A DNA stretch of 64,000 nt, from the NCBI GenBank assembly GCA_951406725.2, contig OX597829.1, forward strand, positions 53,940,001 to 54,004,000, in the 5' to 3' direction. This document shows, in pieces, positions 1 to 12,080 of this stretch. How positions within the stretch are numbered: the first letter of the stretch is position 1; each line of letters starts with the position of its first letter. Below the pieces are notes generated by a model that had not been told where the DNA came from, did no database searches, and saw only the letters and a program-made list of their open reading frames with translations. The position numbers and the translations under genes are program-made. Source of the stretch: Octopus vulgaris (lineage: Eukaryota).

Positions 1-1074
1 CTCATTACAGTTTACACTGACTAGGAAATTTTTTGAAAATTCCAATTTTAATATTTTTAAAATCAAAATGTGGTTTTCCAAATTCTTTATTATAGATTTC
101 AATTACAGAATTCAATCAGAAATCTAATTTAATTCACTGTGAGACAGTGTTTTTTAACATCTTACTCCCTTTGTTTCTATCCCTTTTCTTGAACACTCTC
201 TCTCTCTCTCTTCCTTTCCATATCTTCTTTGTTTACCACCTCTATTCCACTTCCTCTTCCTCTTTCCTTATAGCTTTTTACTTTCACTCCTATCCTTATC
301 TTTCTTCTTGCTCTTTCAATTAATGTTTTGACTTGCCCCTACACACCCTGTTATTTCCACCCACATTCCTTTCAGTACTGCCTCTCCACCTCTTCACTCT
401 ACCATCTCTTTTCAATTGTTTTCATTAAAAATAAGCATTTACAAAGTTTTTCTATGAGATATTTTGGGAATGTTTGTGAAAATTTTTACTCTATTTCTAT
501 TTATCATATCAAATTACAAGAGAATAATACAATATGCATATTGTACTGTTTGTTTCCACATTAGTAATTTTCAATTCAGCATGAGTCTGAAACAGAATGG
601 TTGACAACAAAGGGAGAGAAAGGTAACTGAATGATAGAATACCAGGGCAAAATGACTGAAATATATGTCTGAATATGTATATAGGCATAGAGAGAATAAT
701 TCTGCTTTTGTTACACATGACAGACTGGTTAGGGTATCTCAAGATCAGAATAATCTACTTGAAACAGAACAATACAATGAGCCAGTTTTTACAGTCTGTG
801 AATAATCAGGTGCCAATTGATATTCATCATGAAACAGGCAGAATATGCAGACAAATATCTCACACAGATAATGATGAGGTTCAAACAGAAACAGCAGTGA
901 AAACAAATAGAGTGCTGAAAGATCAAACCAAAAATGTACAGTAAGGAGAATTGACGAAGAAAAACTTCCATATCAGAAACATGTTTGTTAAAGGTTTAGC
1001 AATGCTAATTTTAACAACTTTCAAGAATAGGCTGTCCTGTCTGTTTTACAATTACATTATACAAGGAAGCTCTT

Positions 1075-1330
1075 TGACAATGTGTGTTTACACTGCAAAT
1101 CCCACAGATGGCCTACTGAATCGAAATTCCTATGTTGCTTTGAGGAAAAAGTAAAATTGGACAAACTGCATCCTCCTCTGCCAAATATTCTTTGGTACTT
1201 TGATGGTGATCAGACAGGAAACAATTTCCCGGAAAATATACTTTCAAGTAACAATGTGCAAGCATTAGCTAACCTGGTTGGATTGCAGAGAAATGAGGAC
1301 CCCACTGCATTTCTTATGGGTCCACAATTT
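1075..1330 (+). mobile_element. Degraded Helitron RepHel N-terminal fragment
   Basis: ORF 1082-1384 reads MCLHCKSHRWPTESKFLCCFEEKVKLDKLHPP...NFPENILSSNNVQALA. This fits the Helitron pattern CxxC...CC..GKV.L..L..P...F..NIR.YN upstream of the Rep domain. Confidence 0.55.
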
Positions 1331-1599
1331 GCACTATGTTCACCACATGGAATCTCCATCTACACCTTTTCCACATATAAATAAGGCATTTTTTCAAAAT
1401 GGATTAGCATTCTGTCTATTTATCTGCTTACTAGATCTTTGGCTCTTCCTTGTTAAGTTAACTTTACGGCTTTTTGATTCCAAACATAGAATTTATTTTG
1501 TAATTCTGCAACATATTCATCAGCACAAAGGAGCTCCTCTGGGCAACTGGTTTTTACATCCTCTGTTATGGTCTAGAGGACTCTGATAAACACTGGAGC

Positions 1600-1940
1600 A
1601 CTGGGAAATGAACCCTGCACACTAGATTTATTGCTGTAATCATTACTATCACCTTACTGAAATCTCCTCTGCACATAGCTTGGACAGCTCTCACCAGCCA
1701 TTTGTTTACACTTAGCTTCCACAACAACCACCAGATTTAGGAGTAAAGGACCTTGTTGAAAGTTTTCTCCAGGTTGATGAAAGCCAAGTAAAATGGTTCA
1801 CTTCTGGTTAAATACTTCTCTTGCAATTGCCTTGCTTGGGAGCATCAGTGGTACTTCTCCCGCAGCATAAAACCAAGCTGCATCTCATCCAGTTTAAATC
1901 TCTCCCTAATTAGTTGAGCTATTAACTGTTTCTGTAACTT
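1600..1940 (-). mobile_element. Old RTE-clade LINE RT fragment
   Basis: QLIAQLIRERFKLDEMQLGFM matches the RTE copies at 11829-12080 and 43862-44314. Confidence 0.7.
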
Positions 1941-2222
1941 ATTGGCAGTTGCAGGTTTTGTACTGTAAATGCCCAGAATTAAGGAATCCCCAGAAAAAAA
2001 AATGTCTAGTGGTGTGAGGTCTTCTGAACATGGAGGACATTCTACTTGGGGGCAGGACTCACAAGAGGAGTTGGTCAAAACTCGGAGCTCTCTGACGCAA
2101 TCTGCTCCTGTGTGCAGGTCGCTTACAAGGCAGACCTCACTCAAGCGCAGCGGGGAATCCCAACAGCGGACCCGGGGCAAATTGGCCGCACATCAGAACC
2201 CCTACTTTCGGTGACTGCAACT
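1939..2222. mobile_element. ~285-bp unclassified interspersed element, copy 1
   Basis: Near-identical to 4522-4805. It begins TTATTGGCAGTTGCAGG and ends GACTGCAACT, giving an 8-bp inverted repeat AGTTGCAG/CTGCAACT. Confidence 0.75.
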
Positions 2223-2939
2223 TTTACAACTGAGTCAAGCAATTTTTTTATTCTCTCTAAGGCATTCATTTTATCCATTTCTATAATGCTGCTGCACTGG
2301 TCACTGACACAATCATACATAAAGATACAGAAATACACACACGTATCTAACTTATAATATGTACCAGAAAAAACGAAAATTCTATAGTAGTAAAAAGGAA
2401 TATTGCAGACACTTGAGCTAAGATTCAGCGTTACCAGCTATATTCCATGTATAGTATAAGCTTTTAAAATTTCATGAATTCACATTTTGTAAGATAAAAT
2501 CTCCCAATATGATATGATGATTTAAAATATTTCCTTTAAAGTCTAAGGACTTTAGAAGACATCTTTGAGTGTTTGACTGGTAGCACTAATTATTTCTAGC
2601 TTTTTTATTTTTCTCGATATAATCCTGAGCAAACCTGAAAAAAACATTAAAGATTACAATTAATTATTTGGATAATATTTATTTTCCTTAATTTTCTTTT
2701 GAGCCATGTATTATACATATTTCTATGCACAAACATTATTACAAGTCAACTAACTAAAAAATGTCTACTAAAATCTATTTCTGTGTTTTTGAAATATTTA
2801 CATTGAAATGTAATTGGAAGAATAAAATTTACATATGACAGCTCAGGCTATTGGATGTATATTATACATGGCTGGTCACAATACTCTTCTTTGCACTGTT
2901 GTAGTTTTCAAATGATGTCACCTTGTTGGCCAGGTAAGC

Positions 2940-3115
2940 AGGCCAACATTCCTCCAAAATAGAACACTAGTTCATCACAGGGTGACCCAGTTACAGCTGA
3001 GTGGACTGGAGCAACATGAAAGGAAATGTTTTGCTCAAGAACAGAATGCACTGCTGGTTTTGGAATCAATACCATAATCTTGCAATCATGAGTGCAACAC
3101 CCTAACCACTAAATC
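2940..3115 (-). mobile_element. Degraded tRNA-derived SINE (family with GTTCTTGAGCAAGACAC..GCTCCAGTCCACTCAGCTG body)
   Basis: Body matches 9732-10070 in reverse orientation. Confidence 0.6.
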
Positions 3116-3651
3116 ATTCAGGAGTGTAATTATGGGAAAATAGTGTATTCAATTTCGTTTTTGTATTTGGTTTGCAAGATTCTTTATGTGAATTTGTGTG
3201 TTGAAGAATATTTTATTGTCTGGGAAGAGTCATTCTCTTTTAGTGTCTTATTAATTTAACACACTCACCGGTCTGATTTCCATTCATTAAATTATTTATT
3301 TTTTCTAACATTTTCATTGTGTCTTGCGACCTTTTTAATAGCTTATTCAATTAAAACCATTCTTTCCTAAAAGTATAATATGTTTTAGCACACAAGACCC
3401 ATTAATAAAACAATCTCAATATTTACTTTCTTGACTCTCCTACAATTAAAATACTCAAAAAAAAAAAAGAGAAGTTAAGAGAAAATATCAAACAGGCCCT
3501 TAACTATGCACAAACTAGGAGAACAAACTGTTTTAATTTCCAGTTTTTTCTTAGTTCCCAATTATTTTTTATTTCCTTGACTTTGAGTTTTTAGTATTTG
3601 ATAAGATGGACATACACATTGAAACTGGTAATATTTTATAAAAGTTTTATG

Positions 3652-3845
3652 AAGGTGGTGAGCTGGCAGAAACGTTAGCACACCGGGTAAAATGCTTAGC
3701 AGTATTTCATCTGTCTTTTACATTCTGAGTTCAAATTCCACCAAGGTCGACTTTGCCTTTCATTCTTTTGGGGTTGATAAATTAAGTACTAGTTGTGTAC
3801 TGGGGTTGATCTAATTTTGGGCCTTGTGCCTAGAGTAAAAAAGAA
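3652..3845 (+). mobile_element. tRNA-derived SINE with Nin/Deu-like central domain
   Basis: GAGTTCAAATTCC B-box followed by GGTCGACTTTGCCTTTCATTC..GGGGTTGATAAATTAAGTAC; homologous to 32750-32982. Confidence 0.75.
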
Positions 3846-4521
3846 TATTTTTATAATATATTTTATAATGTAACAAATATAAACATGCTTACCCTGTCTA
3901 ATTAAATGAAAAAGTTTTTAAAAAACCTTTAAACATGTGTCCTTGCTGTTTCCACTTTTACTTTTTACCTCTCTCTTTCTCTCTTGATGTATATAGAAGT
4001 AGATATATCTATGAATGTATATATATATGCATACATATTTATGCATATATATCTGTATATGTATATATACACATATATATTTTTTGAATTTTGTATATAT
4101 ATGTATATATACACATGTATATTGTTTGAATTTTGTGGTGTTCCTGTGGTTGTTGCTCCTATTGCCTCCCCTTGGATGAAAAAGTGTATACAGCTCATTG
4201 GAGCACTTCTATTTCCAGTCTGTTGTATATCTTGAGTGTTATTGTCACTCAAGATATAACTTTATATTTTGTAATATATACACATGTATTCAGAGCGTCC
4301 CAAAGTAATGTATACACACATTGAATGATTATAAACTCAGTATTTATAGAAATACATTTAATTTTCACTCTGACAGAATTAAAATTTTCTATGAATGCCT
4401 ATTTTCAAACTGATGACTCTTCTTGTCTGGGCACAGCTGATAACATGATGAAGGGAATCAAAAACATCAAGAAACATTGTTTGATATTTCTGTGCATTCT
4501 CTTTCAAAGACTGCTTCCAAT

Positions 4522-4805
4522 TTATTGGCAGTTGCAGGTTTTGTACTGTAAATGCTATTTTTAAGGAATCCCCATAAAAAAAAATGTCTAGTGGTGTGAG
4601 GTCTTCTGAACATGGAGGACATTCTACTTGGGGGCAGGACTCACAAGAGGGGTCAGTCAAAACTCGGAGCTCTCTGATGCAATCTGCTCCTGTGTGCAGG
4701 TCGCTTACGAGGCAGACCTCACTCAAGCGCAGTGGAGAATCCCAACAGTAGACCCGGGGCAAATTGGCCGTACATCAGGGCCCCTACTTTCAGTGACCAC
4801 AACTT
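4522..4805. mobile_element. ~285-bp unclassified interspersed element, copy 2
   Basis: Direct repeat of 1939-2222 with unrelated flanks. Confidence 0.75.
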
Positions 4806-4829
4806 TCTTTAATATAGTTTCTTATATCA

Positions 4830-5085
4830 TTAATAAAATTCCACATCTTCAAAGTCACACCATAACTCCGGTAATTTGACATGATGTTCCTCCTTAACAT
4901 GCAAATTCTCAGGCTTCCAGCAGGTGCAATTACTGTAGTTAAGTCACTTAATTTCAATGTAAGCCTTATTATTCCAGTCTTTGATGGAAAGTGTGCATCT
5001 TCTCCAAATCTTGCCAAGTGCTATTTGTAAAAGTCTACACTTTGGTTTGGGTCATCTTTGAGAACATGAACTAATTTTGGAATCT
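4830..5085 (-). mobile_element. Degraded Tc1/mariner (rosa/DUF4817-like) transposase fragment
   Basis: Minus-strand reading across frameshifts gives KLVHVLKDDPNQSVDF...NCTCWKPENLHVKEEHHVKLP...WC. This resembles 'L..DD...RVEFC...NC.YW..ENPH...E....P...VWC'. Confidence 0.5.
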
Positions 5086-5519
5086 TTCTTTTCCTTCAGT
5101 CCGTCACACAGACCAAACGCATTCTTATCTGTCTCCTCTCCCATCTTTTCTTTTGTCAAAGAATATTCCTACAGAGTTTGCTGCCTTACCTTGTTTCGCC
5201 TAATTGCTCTCCATGTTTGTTTTCATTTAGTTTGTTGTATTCTTTACTGTCCTGTTTTTGTTACCAACTTTGACCCTCTGCAAAATACCAAATTTTATTT
5301 TGGTTCACGAGGGCAACTGTTTTTTGAAGCCTCATATTGTCGTGAATTGCTCGAAATGTGGAGTAGATGAGCAACCAAAAACTGATGAAGGGTCGTTCTT
5401 TATGTTACTCGTCTTGTTTTCCTATATGTTTCTCTTGTTGTTTGCGTACCCAAGTTTGTCTTCGTATTTCATATTGTTTTCGTATTTCATGTTGTTTACA
5501 TTTTGTGATGTCCTAGCCC

Positions 5520-5578
5520 CATATATGCATGTATATATACATATATATGTATGTACATATATGTATGTATATAAGCAT

Positions 5579-5652
<74 letters not shown>

Positions 5653-5732
5653 ACATATATATATATATATACATATATGTATACATATACATATATGTAT
5701 ACATATACATATATGTATACATATATATATGT

Positions 5733-5772
<40 letters not shown>
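5520..5772. repeat. Compound (TA)n/(TACA)n microsatellite
   Basis: Seen directly; it generates the spurious YIYI ORFs. Confidence 0.95.
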
Positions 5773-5774
<2 letters not shown>

Positions 5775-5861
5775 CCATTCTTAATGGTGAAATTCAAAAT
5801 AGATAAAGCTATAAATAATATTAGATTAAAGATCCCTTGGATATACATGGCGTAAACAATA

Positions 5862-6729
5862 TACAGCAACCCCTTGCCATATCGTGGTTCACCTATTGCA
5901 CCCTCAGTACATCACGGATTTTTCTGGCTAATATAGGTAAATTTATATCATCACAAGTTTCTGTGGCTGATAGGTATTTATATATTTTTTAGATTTTAAT
6001 TATTTCTGAGGTAAAATAAGCATTTTCATGCCTAACAATTAATAAATAAAAATAGAGTACAGTACTGCACTGTATAACACATTAATTAAAATACATTAAA
6101 AGAAAATACGTAGGAGTGGCTGTGTGGTAAGTAGCTTGCTTACCAATCACATGGTTCTGGGTTCAGTCCCACTGCGTGGCATCTTGGGCAAGTGTCTTCT
6201 ACTATAGCCTCGGGCCAACCAAAGCCTTGTGAGTGGATTTGGTAGACGGAAACTGAAAGAAGCCCGTCGTATATATGTATGTATATATATATGTGTGTGT
6301 GTATGTTTGTGTGTCTGTGTTTGTCCCCCTAGCGTTGCTTGACAATCGATGCTGGTGTGTTTACGTCCCCGTCACTTAGCGGTTCAGCAAAAGAGACCGA
6401 TAGAATAAGTACTGGGCTTACAAAAGAATAAGTCATGGGGTCGATTTGCTCGACTAAAGGCAGTGCTCCAGCATGGCCGCAGCCAAATGACTGAAACAAG
6501 TAAAAGAGTAAAGAGAGTGTACTGTGGGTGAGTTAACAAAGAATCACACATACTGTATGAGAAAAGAAACTCGGGAGGTGGGTGTGTGGTGGTGTGTGGT
6601 GGTGTTTGGTATTTATAATAAAATAATTAAAAAATATACCGTACAATACTGTTTCTACTTTGCAGATTTTCACCTATCAAGGTGAGGCATTGGAACATAA
6701 CCACCTACAATCGTTAAGAGATTACTGTA
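5862..6729. mobile_element. pogo/Tigger-like MITE with nested SINE
   Basis: Ends TACAGCAACCCCTT... and ...AAGAGATTACTGTA, i.e. a TA-flanked CAGT-type TIR; a SINE is inserted at about 6110-6520. Confidence 0.55.
6110..6520 (+). mobile_element. ~400-bp tRNA-derived SINE (family A, the most abundant here)
   Basis: Head TAGGAGTGGCTGTGTGGTAAG..GGGTTCAGTCCC, an internal (TA)/(TG) tract and tail ..GACTGAAACAAGTAAAAGAGTAA; more than 10 copies in the window. Confidence 0.9.
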
Positions 6730-7782
6730 TAAATATATATTTATATTCATCATTTACATTGTTTTAACATCCATTTTTCCATGCTTGCATTAAGTCAGAG
6801 TTTATTGAAGCAGATTTTCTATGGTTGGATGCCCTTCCTGTTTCCAAGTAAGATAATATTTCCCCATGGCCAAACATGTTATCACAAAATATTGGAAACA
6901 AATTATATTCATTTACAACAATAACACACACACATTTTTATATATGATGAGTTTTCTGCAATTTACTTCAGCTAAATCTATTTACAAGGCTTTGGTCTCT
7001 CTGCAGCTAGCTTAGAGAACATTTGCCCAAGTTGTCACCCAAGTGGTCACCATGTGCTTGTGAAGCAAATTTCTTAACCGCCACTTCTTTATAGCTAATG
7101 CTTGTTGCATTATATCCAAAGTAATTATAGATAACGTACCAATATCAATGATAGAAGTGGTGTTAATAGTAAAAGCTGTGATTTTGTCGGTAATGATTTG
7201 TAGAGTGGGTGTGAATTTGGTAGTGTTGAATATCACTAAGCTTTGTTAAAATTCCAGTACAAGTTTCTCTTTATTAATAAATATATATTAGCAACAGAGG
7301 CATCATTAATACCAAGAGGTGATACTTATCTCCACTTAAAGGTGGATGTTCTGTTAGAACAGACTATACTGCAGTAGATATCACAAGAGAAGCTCTCATA
7401 TTGGCTTCTGGTGTAAAATGCACTCTTGTTTATATCACTGGCAGGGGAGATAAATCCTCCTCATCTCTTGTGCCAAGACTACAAGATCACGTGATTTTGA
7501 TCTTCCTTGGTCTTGTTAATGATGAACACTCAAATGCAAGAGATAGCAGTGACTTATCTTCCTGCCAGCAGTATATAGAAAAACTGGGCCAGAAGAGGCG
7601 CTAGTGTTGCAATTAACAGTGAGCTTGTTAAAAAATATACACTAGCAAGAGATGTTTTTTCCTTAAGTTCTCCTTAGCTTTTTCTCTGCATGTATGAACA
7701 TTTTCATTTTAATATTGTAACTTTCCAAACATACTCCTGCCTATCATACTCCTTGTGTAAGATATATATACATATATTTTTT

Positions 7783-7932
7783 TCATTATTTACATTATTT
7801 ACATTTGACAGACATTTGTCCTCATCTTGTTTATTGTTAACACGTTTCGGTTGAAATACCCTCCTGCCTTCTTCAGGTTTCTTGAAATTTCGAGCCTGGA
7901 TTCTCATTCCTAAGGTATTTTTAGATGTTGCA

Positions 7933-7965
<33 letters not shown>

Positions 7966-8052
7966 GTTATTCTTCAGGAGACTGCTTGGAATTAAACTCG
8001 GAATCTTGGGGTTAGTAGCCCATGCTCTTTAACCACTACGCCATATGCCCAG
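7783..8052 (-). mobile_element. tRNA-headed SINE-like element containing a hammerhead motif
   Basis: Minus strand: GGGCATATGGCGTAGTGG (A box), GAGTTTAATTCC (B box), (AAT)n, CTGAAGA-stem-GAAACG and tail GTAAATAATG. Confidence 0.75.
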
Positions 8053-8133
8053 GGACAATTATGGAGTGAATTTTAGGGCTTTGTCAAAAGCTTTTGCAAA
8101 ATCAAGATATATTAGATCCACGTTTGTATAATA

Positions 8134-8182
<49 letters not shown>

Positions 8183-8184
8183 GT

Positions 8185-8345
8185 AGCAGTGGCTGTGTGG
8201 TAAGTAGCTTGCTTACCAACCACATGGTTCTGGGCTCAGTCCTACTGCATGGCACCTTGGGCAAGTGTGTCTGCTACTATAGCCTCGAGCTGACCAAAGC
8301 ATTGTGAGTGGATTTGGTAGACAGAAACTGAAAGAAGCCTGTCGT
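8185..8345 (+). mobile_element. SINE family A 5' half
   Basis: Matches the 6110 head. Confidence 0.85.
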
Positions 8346-8374
8346 GTATATATATATATATATATATATATAAT

Positions 8375-8760
8375 TGTAGCTGTGATACCAGTGCTGGTGG
8401 CACGTAAGAGAACCATCCAAACGTGACCGTTGCCAGCGTCGACCCGACTGGCCTCCGTGCCTGTGGCATGTAAAAAGCACCATCTGATTGTGGCCGTTGC
8501 CAGCCTCGTCTGGCCCCAATCCGGTGGCACGTAAAAAGCACCATCCGTTCGTGGCTGTTTGCCAGCCTCATCTGGCACCTGTGCCGGTGACATGTAAAAA
8601 GCACCCACTACACTCACGGAGTGGTTGACGTTAGGAAGGGCATCCAGCCGTAGAAACATTGCTAGATCAGACTGGGCCTGGTGCAGCTTTCTGGCTTCCC
8701 AGACCCCAGTTGAACCGGCCAACCCATGCTAGCATGGAAAGCGGATGTTAAATGATGATA
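8375..8760 (+). mobile_element. RTE 3'-UTR-derived element with ~60-bp tandem units and (GAT)n tail
   Basis: Four GGTGGCACGTAAAAAGCACC-type units, then G(A)CGTTAGGAAGGGCATCCAGC, CCATGCTAGCATGG and the tail. Confidence 0.85.
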
Positions 8761-9443
8761 CACACACACACATCTAATATATATATATGTATACATCTTC
8801 CCATTTTTTTCTACTGCTAAGCACTGTCCGACCACTATATTCCAAAATTCTTCATTCCATACTGCTACCCCTCTCTCTGCCCCATTACTTAGACTCTATC
8901 ACTACATAACTGACACTCCTTTACTGTTTATACCTCTCTCTCTATCACCTCCACCTCATTCCTTCTATCTTTTTACAAGCTAATACCTTTCTCTCTCTAT
9001 CACCCTCATCTCCCCATTCCTACTTTCAAATTATCTTGACTGACCAATAACTGGTACACTTTCCCTTATTTTCTTTTTGTTTTTCTTTTTCCTTTATCCC
9101 TCTCTTCCTGTTTTTTTCTTTTTTCTTCTTTTCTTTTATTCCTCTCTTCCTGTTTTTGATTTGACCTTACAAATACATTCCCTACTTTTAGGTCACTTTA
9201 AATAAAACCCTTGATTCAATAGCACTGTGTACAAACTTTATACTTGGAATGACAAATTTTAGATGCTATTGGATTTTACTCACAAGGTATTGGAATCTTA
9301 TATGTATACCATTCTGCCTAAATAATGGATCTACAAATGCAATATCCCTGCATATCTCACTTCTATTTCATATCTTATCTATTCTCACTCTCTATTTCAT
9401 ATCTTATCTAAATTAACTATTGCTTAACCATTTTCTCACACCA

Positions 9444-9488
9444 TCTCTGATGAAGGGATATAATAAATATCCTGGAAACAGATATAAG
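9444..9488 (+). ncRNA. Degenerate type-I hammerhead ribozyme motif
   Basis: TCT-CTGATGA-aGGGATAT-aataa-ATATCCTg-GAAACAGATA-TA-AGA; stem III is mutated. Confidence 0.55.
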
Positions 9489-9731
9489 ACCATCTATTTA
9501 TAATTGTTCTAAAATCTTCACAGCCTTGTTTTTTTTATCTCATTCTGAAAAAAAGAATTTACATATACACACATGCTGATATATCACCTACGTTGGACTC
9601 CTTATTCACATAATCACCGAACCTGGAGATTAACTATAGTCTGTCCATAGCACTTACTCAGCATTACCTGACACCATTACCTCTCATAACATATAAATAT
9701 TTATATGTATATATATATATATACATATATA

Positions 9732-10072
9732 GTGAAGGCGCATGGCTCAGTAGTTAGAGCGTCGAGTTTACGATCGTGAGGTTGTGAGCTCGAATCCCGG
9801 ACCGGGCTGCGTGTTGTGTTCTTGAGCAAGACACTTTATTTCACGTTGCTCCAGTTCACTCAGCTGTAGAAATGAGTTGCGACGTCACTGGTGCCAAGCT
9901 GTATTGACCTTTGTCTTTCCCTTGGATAACACTGGTGGTGTGGAGAGGGGAGGCTAGTATGTATGGGCGACTGCTGGCCTTCCATAAACAACCTTGCCCG
10001 GACTTGTGTCTAGGAGGGTAACTTTCTAGGTGCAATCCCATGATCATTCATGACCGAAGGGGGTCTTTACCC
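9732..10072 (+). mobile_element. tRNA-derived SINE (family C)
   Basis: TGGCTCAGTAG A box, GAGCTCGAATCCC B box and TGTGTTCTTGAGCAAGACACTTT body; related copy at 41575-41860. Confidence 0.85.
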
Positions 10073-10157
10073 TTTATATACATATATATATATATATATA
10101 TATACATACATATATGTTTATACATATATATATACATACATATATGTATATACATAT

Positions 10158-12080
10158 ATCATCATCATCATCATCATCATCGTTTGACGTCCGTTCTCCA
10201 TGCTAGCATGGGTTGGACGGTTCGACCGGGGATCTGGGAAGCCAGAAGGCTGCACCAGGCTCCAGTCTTATCTGGCAATGTTTCTACAGCTGGATGCCCT
10301 TCCTAATGCCAACCACTCCGAAGGTGTAGTAGGTGCTTTTTATGTGCCACCTGCACAGGTGCCAGGCGAGGCTGGCAATGGCCACGGTCGGATTGGTGCA
10401 TTTTACGTGCCACCGGCACGGAAGCCAGTCGAGGCGGCGCTGGCATCGGCCATGAGTCGGATAGTGCTTTTTACGTACCACCACTCCAGGGGTCCTGGCT
10501 GGTTCAATTCGATGTCAATTTCACTTGCCCCAACATGTCTTCACAAGCAAAAGGGGTTGGCATGGGTGCCTGTCGTCAGATGAGGTTCTATATCGACTTC
10601 GCTTGCCTCAACAGGTCTTTGTGTCCAAGGGAGGAAAGGCATGCATAAGTGGACTGGGCTCACTTGTCCTGCCTGGTCTTCTCACGTACAGCATATTTCC
10701 AGAGGTCTCGGTCGCTAGTCATTTCCTCAGTGAGGCCTAAAGTTCGAAAGTCGTGCTTCACCACCTCGTCCCAGGTTTTCCTGGGTCTACCTCTTCCACG
10801 GTTTCCCTCAACTGCTAGGGATTGGCACTTTCTCACACACCTATCTTCATCCATTCTCGCCACATGACCATACCAGCGTAATCGTCTTTCTTGCACACCA
10901 CAACTGATGCTCCTTAGGTCCAACATTTCTCTCAAGGTACTAACGCTCTGTCGAGTATCTACACTGACATTACACATCCATCGGAGCATACTGGCTTCAT
11001 TCCTCACGAGCTTACGCATGTCCTCAGCAGTCACGGCCCATGTTTCACTGCCATGCAGCATGGCTGTTCGTACACATGCATCATACAGTCTGCCTTTTAC
11101 TCTGAGCGAGAGGCCTTTAGTCACCTGCAGAGGTAAGAGCTCCCTAAACTTTGCCCAGGCTATTCTTATTCTAGCAGTTACACTTTCAGCGCACCCACCC
11201 CCACTACTGACTTGGTCACCTAGATAATGGAAGCTATCAACTACTTCTAGTTTTTCCCCCTGGAAAGTGACGGAAGTTGTTTTCTGCAGGTTTTCGGAGG
11301 TTAATGCTCCCGAGCATCTGCCACATACAAAAACTATCTTCCCAGTTAGCCTACCTTTGACATTGCTGCACCTCTTATGTGTCCATAGCTTACACTGGGT
11401 ACATCTTATAGAGTTTCTACCTACACCTTTTCTACAGATCGAGCAGGGCTATCTTCCTGAAGACATTTGTGGATTGTCTACCTTCCTACTTATTAGTACT
11501 TTGGTTTTAGCTAGGTTGACTCTAAGGCCCCTCGATTCTAAACCCTCCTTCCACACCTGGAACTTCTCCTCCAGTTCTGATAGTGACTCAGCAATTAGAG
11601 CAAGGTCGTCAGCATAGTGGAGCTCCCAGGGGCAACCTGTCTTGAATTCCTCCGTAATTGCCTGGAGGACTATGATAAATAGGAGGGGGCTGAGTACTGA
11701 ACCCTGGTGGACCCCAACCTCTACTTTGAATTCTTCTGTGTACATGTTGCCAACCCTAACCTTGCTTACGGCATCTCTGTACATGGCTTGTACAGCCCTC
11801 ACCAGCCATTCATCTATCCCTAGTTTCCTCATTGACCACCAGATGAGGGATCAGGGGACCCTATCAAAGGCTTTCTCCATGTCAACGAATGCCAGGTACA
11901 GGGGCTTATCTTTGCTAGGTATTTCTCCTGCAGCTGCCTTACCAGGAATATAGCATCAGTGGTACTTTTCCTTGGCACGAACCCAAACTGCATCTCATCT
12001 AAACTAACTCTCTCTCTAATTAGTTGGGCTATGACCTTCTCCGTAACCTTCATTACCTGATCCAACAGCTTGATACCTTG
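10158..12080 (-). mobile_element. 5'-truncated RTE-clade LINE (RT, embedded PHD-like finger, 3' UTR, (GAT)n tail)
   Basis: QFGF, GVHQGSVLSPLLF, YADDL, LRVNLAKTK, SFHYLG, RRLRWYGHV and RGRGRPRKTW motifs, interrupted by frameshift and stop. Confidence 0.93.

Noticed and set aside
1845-2357. Duplicated ORFs MPRV.CWDSPL / MGAGLTRGV
   Set aside because: They arise from the repeated non-coding element; frames diverge at the element edges and show no domain signature.
5300-5410. CTGATGA at about 5382 and GGGCAA..TTGCTC-GAAA upstream
   Set aside because: The elements could not be assembled into a consistent hammerhead topology.
5258-5869. Long YIYI/HTHT/CVCV ORFs here and at many other sites
   Set aside because: They are translations of (TA)n/(CA)n microsatellites.
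8213-8722. Recurrent MDGSTG.WEARRLHQAQ / MLFTCH ORFs
   Set aside because: Antisense readings of the RTE 3'-UTR repeat, not a gene family.
9732-9810. Possible tRNA genes (also 27662-27736 and 56590-56666)
   Set aside because: Acceptor stems are imperfect and the sequences run directly into SINE bodies; they are SINE heads.
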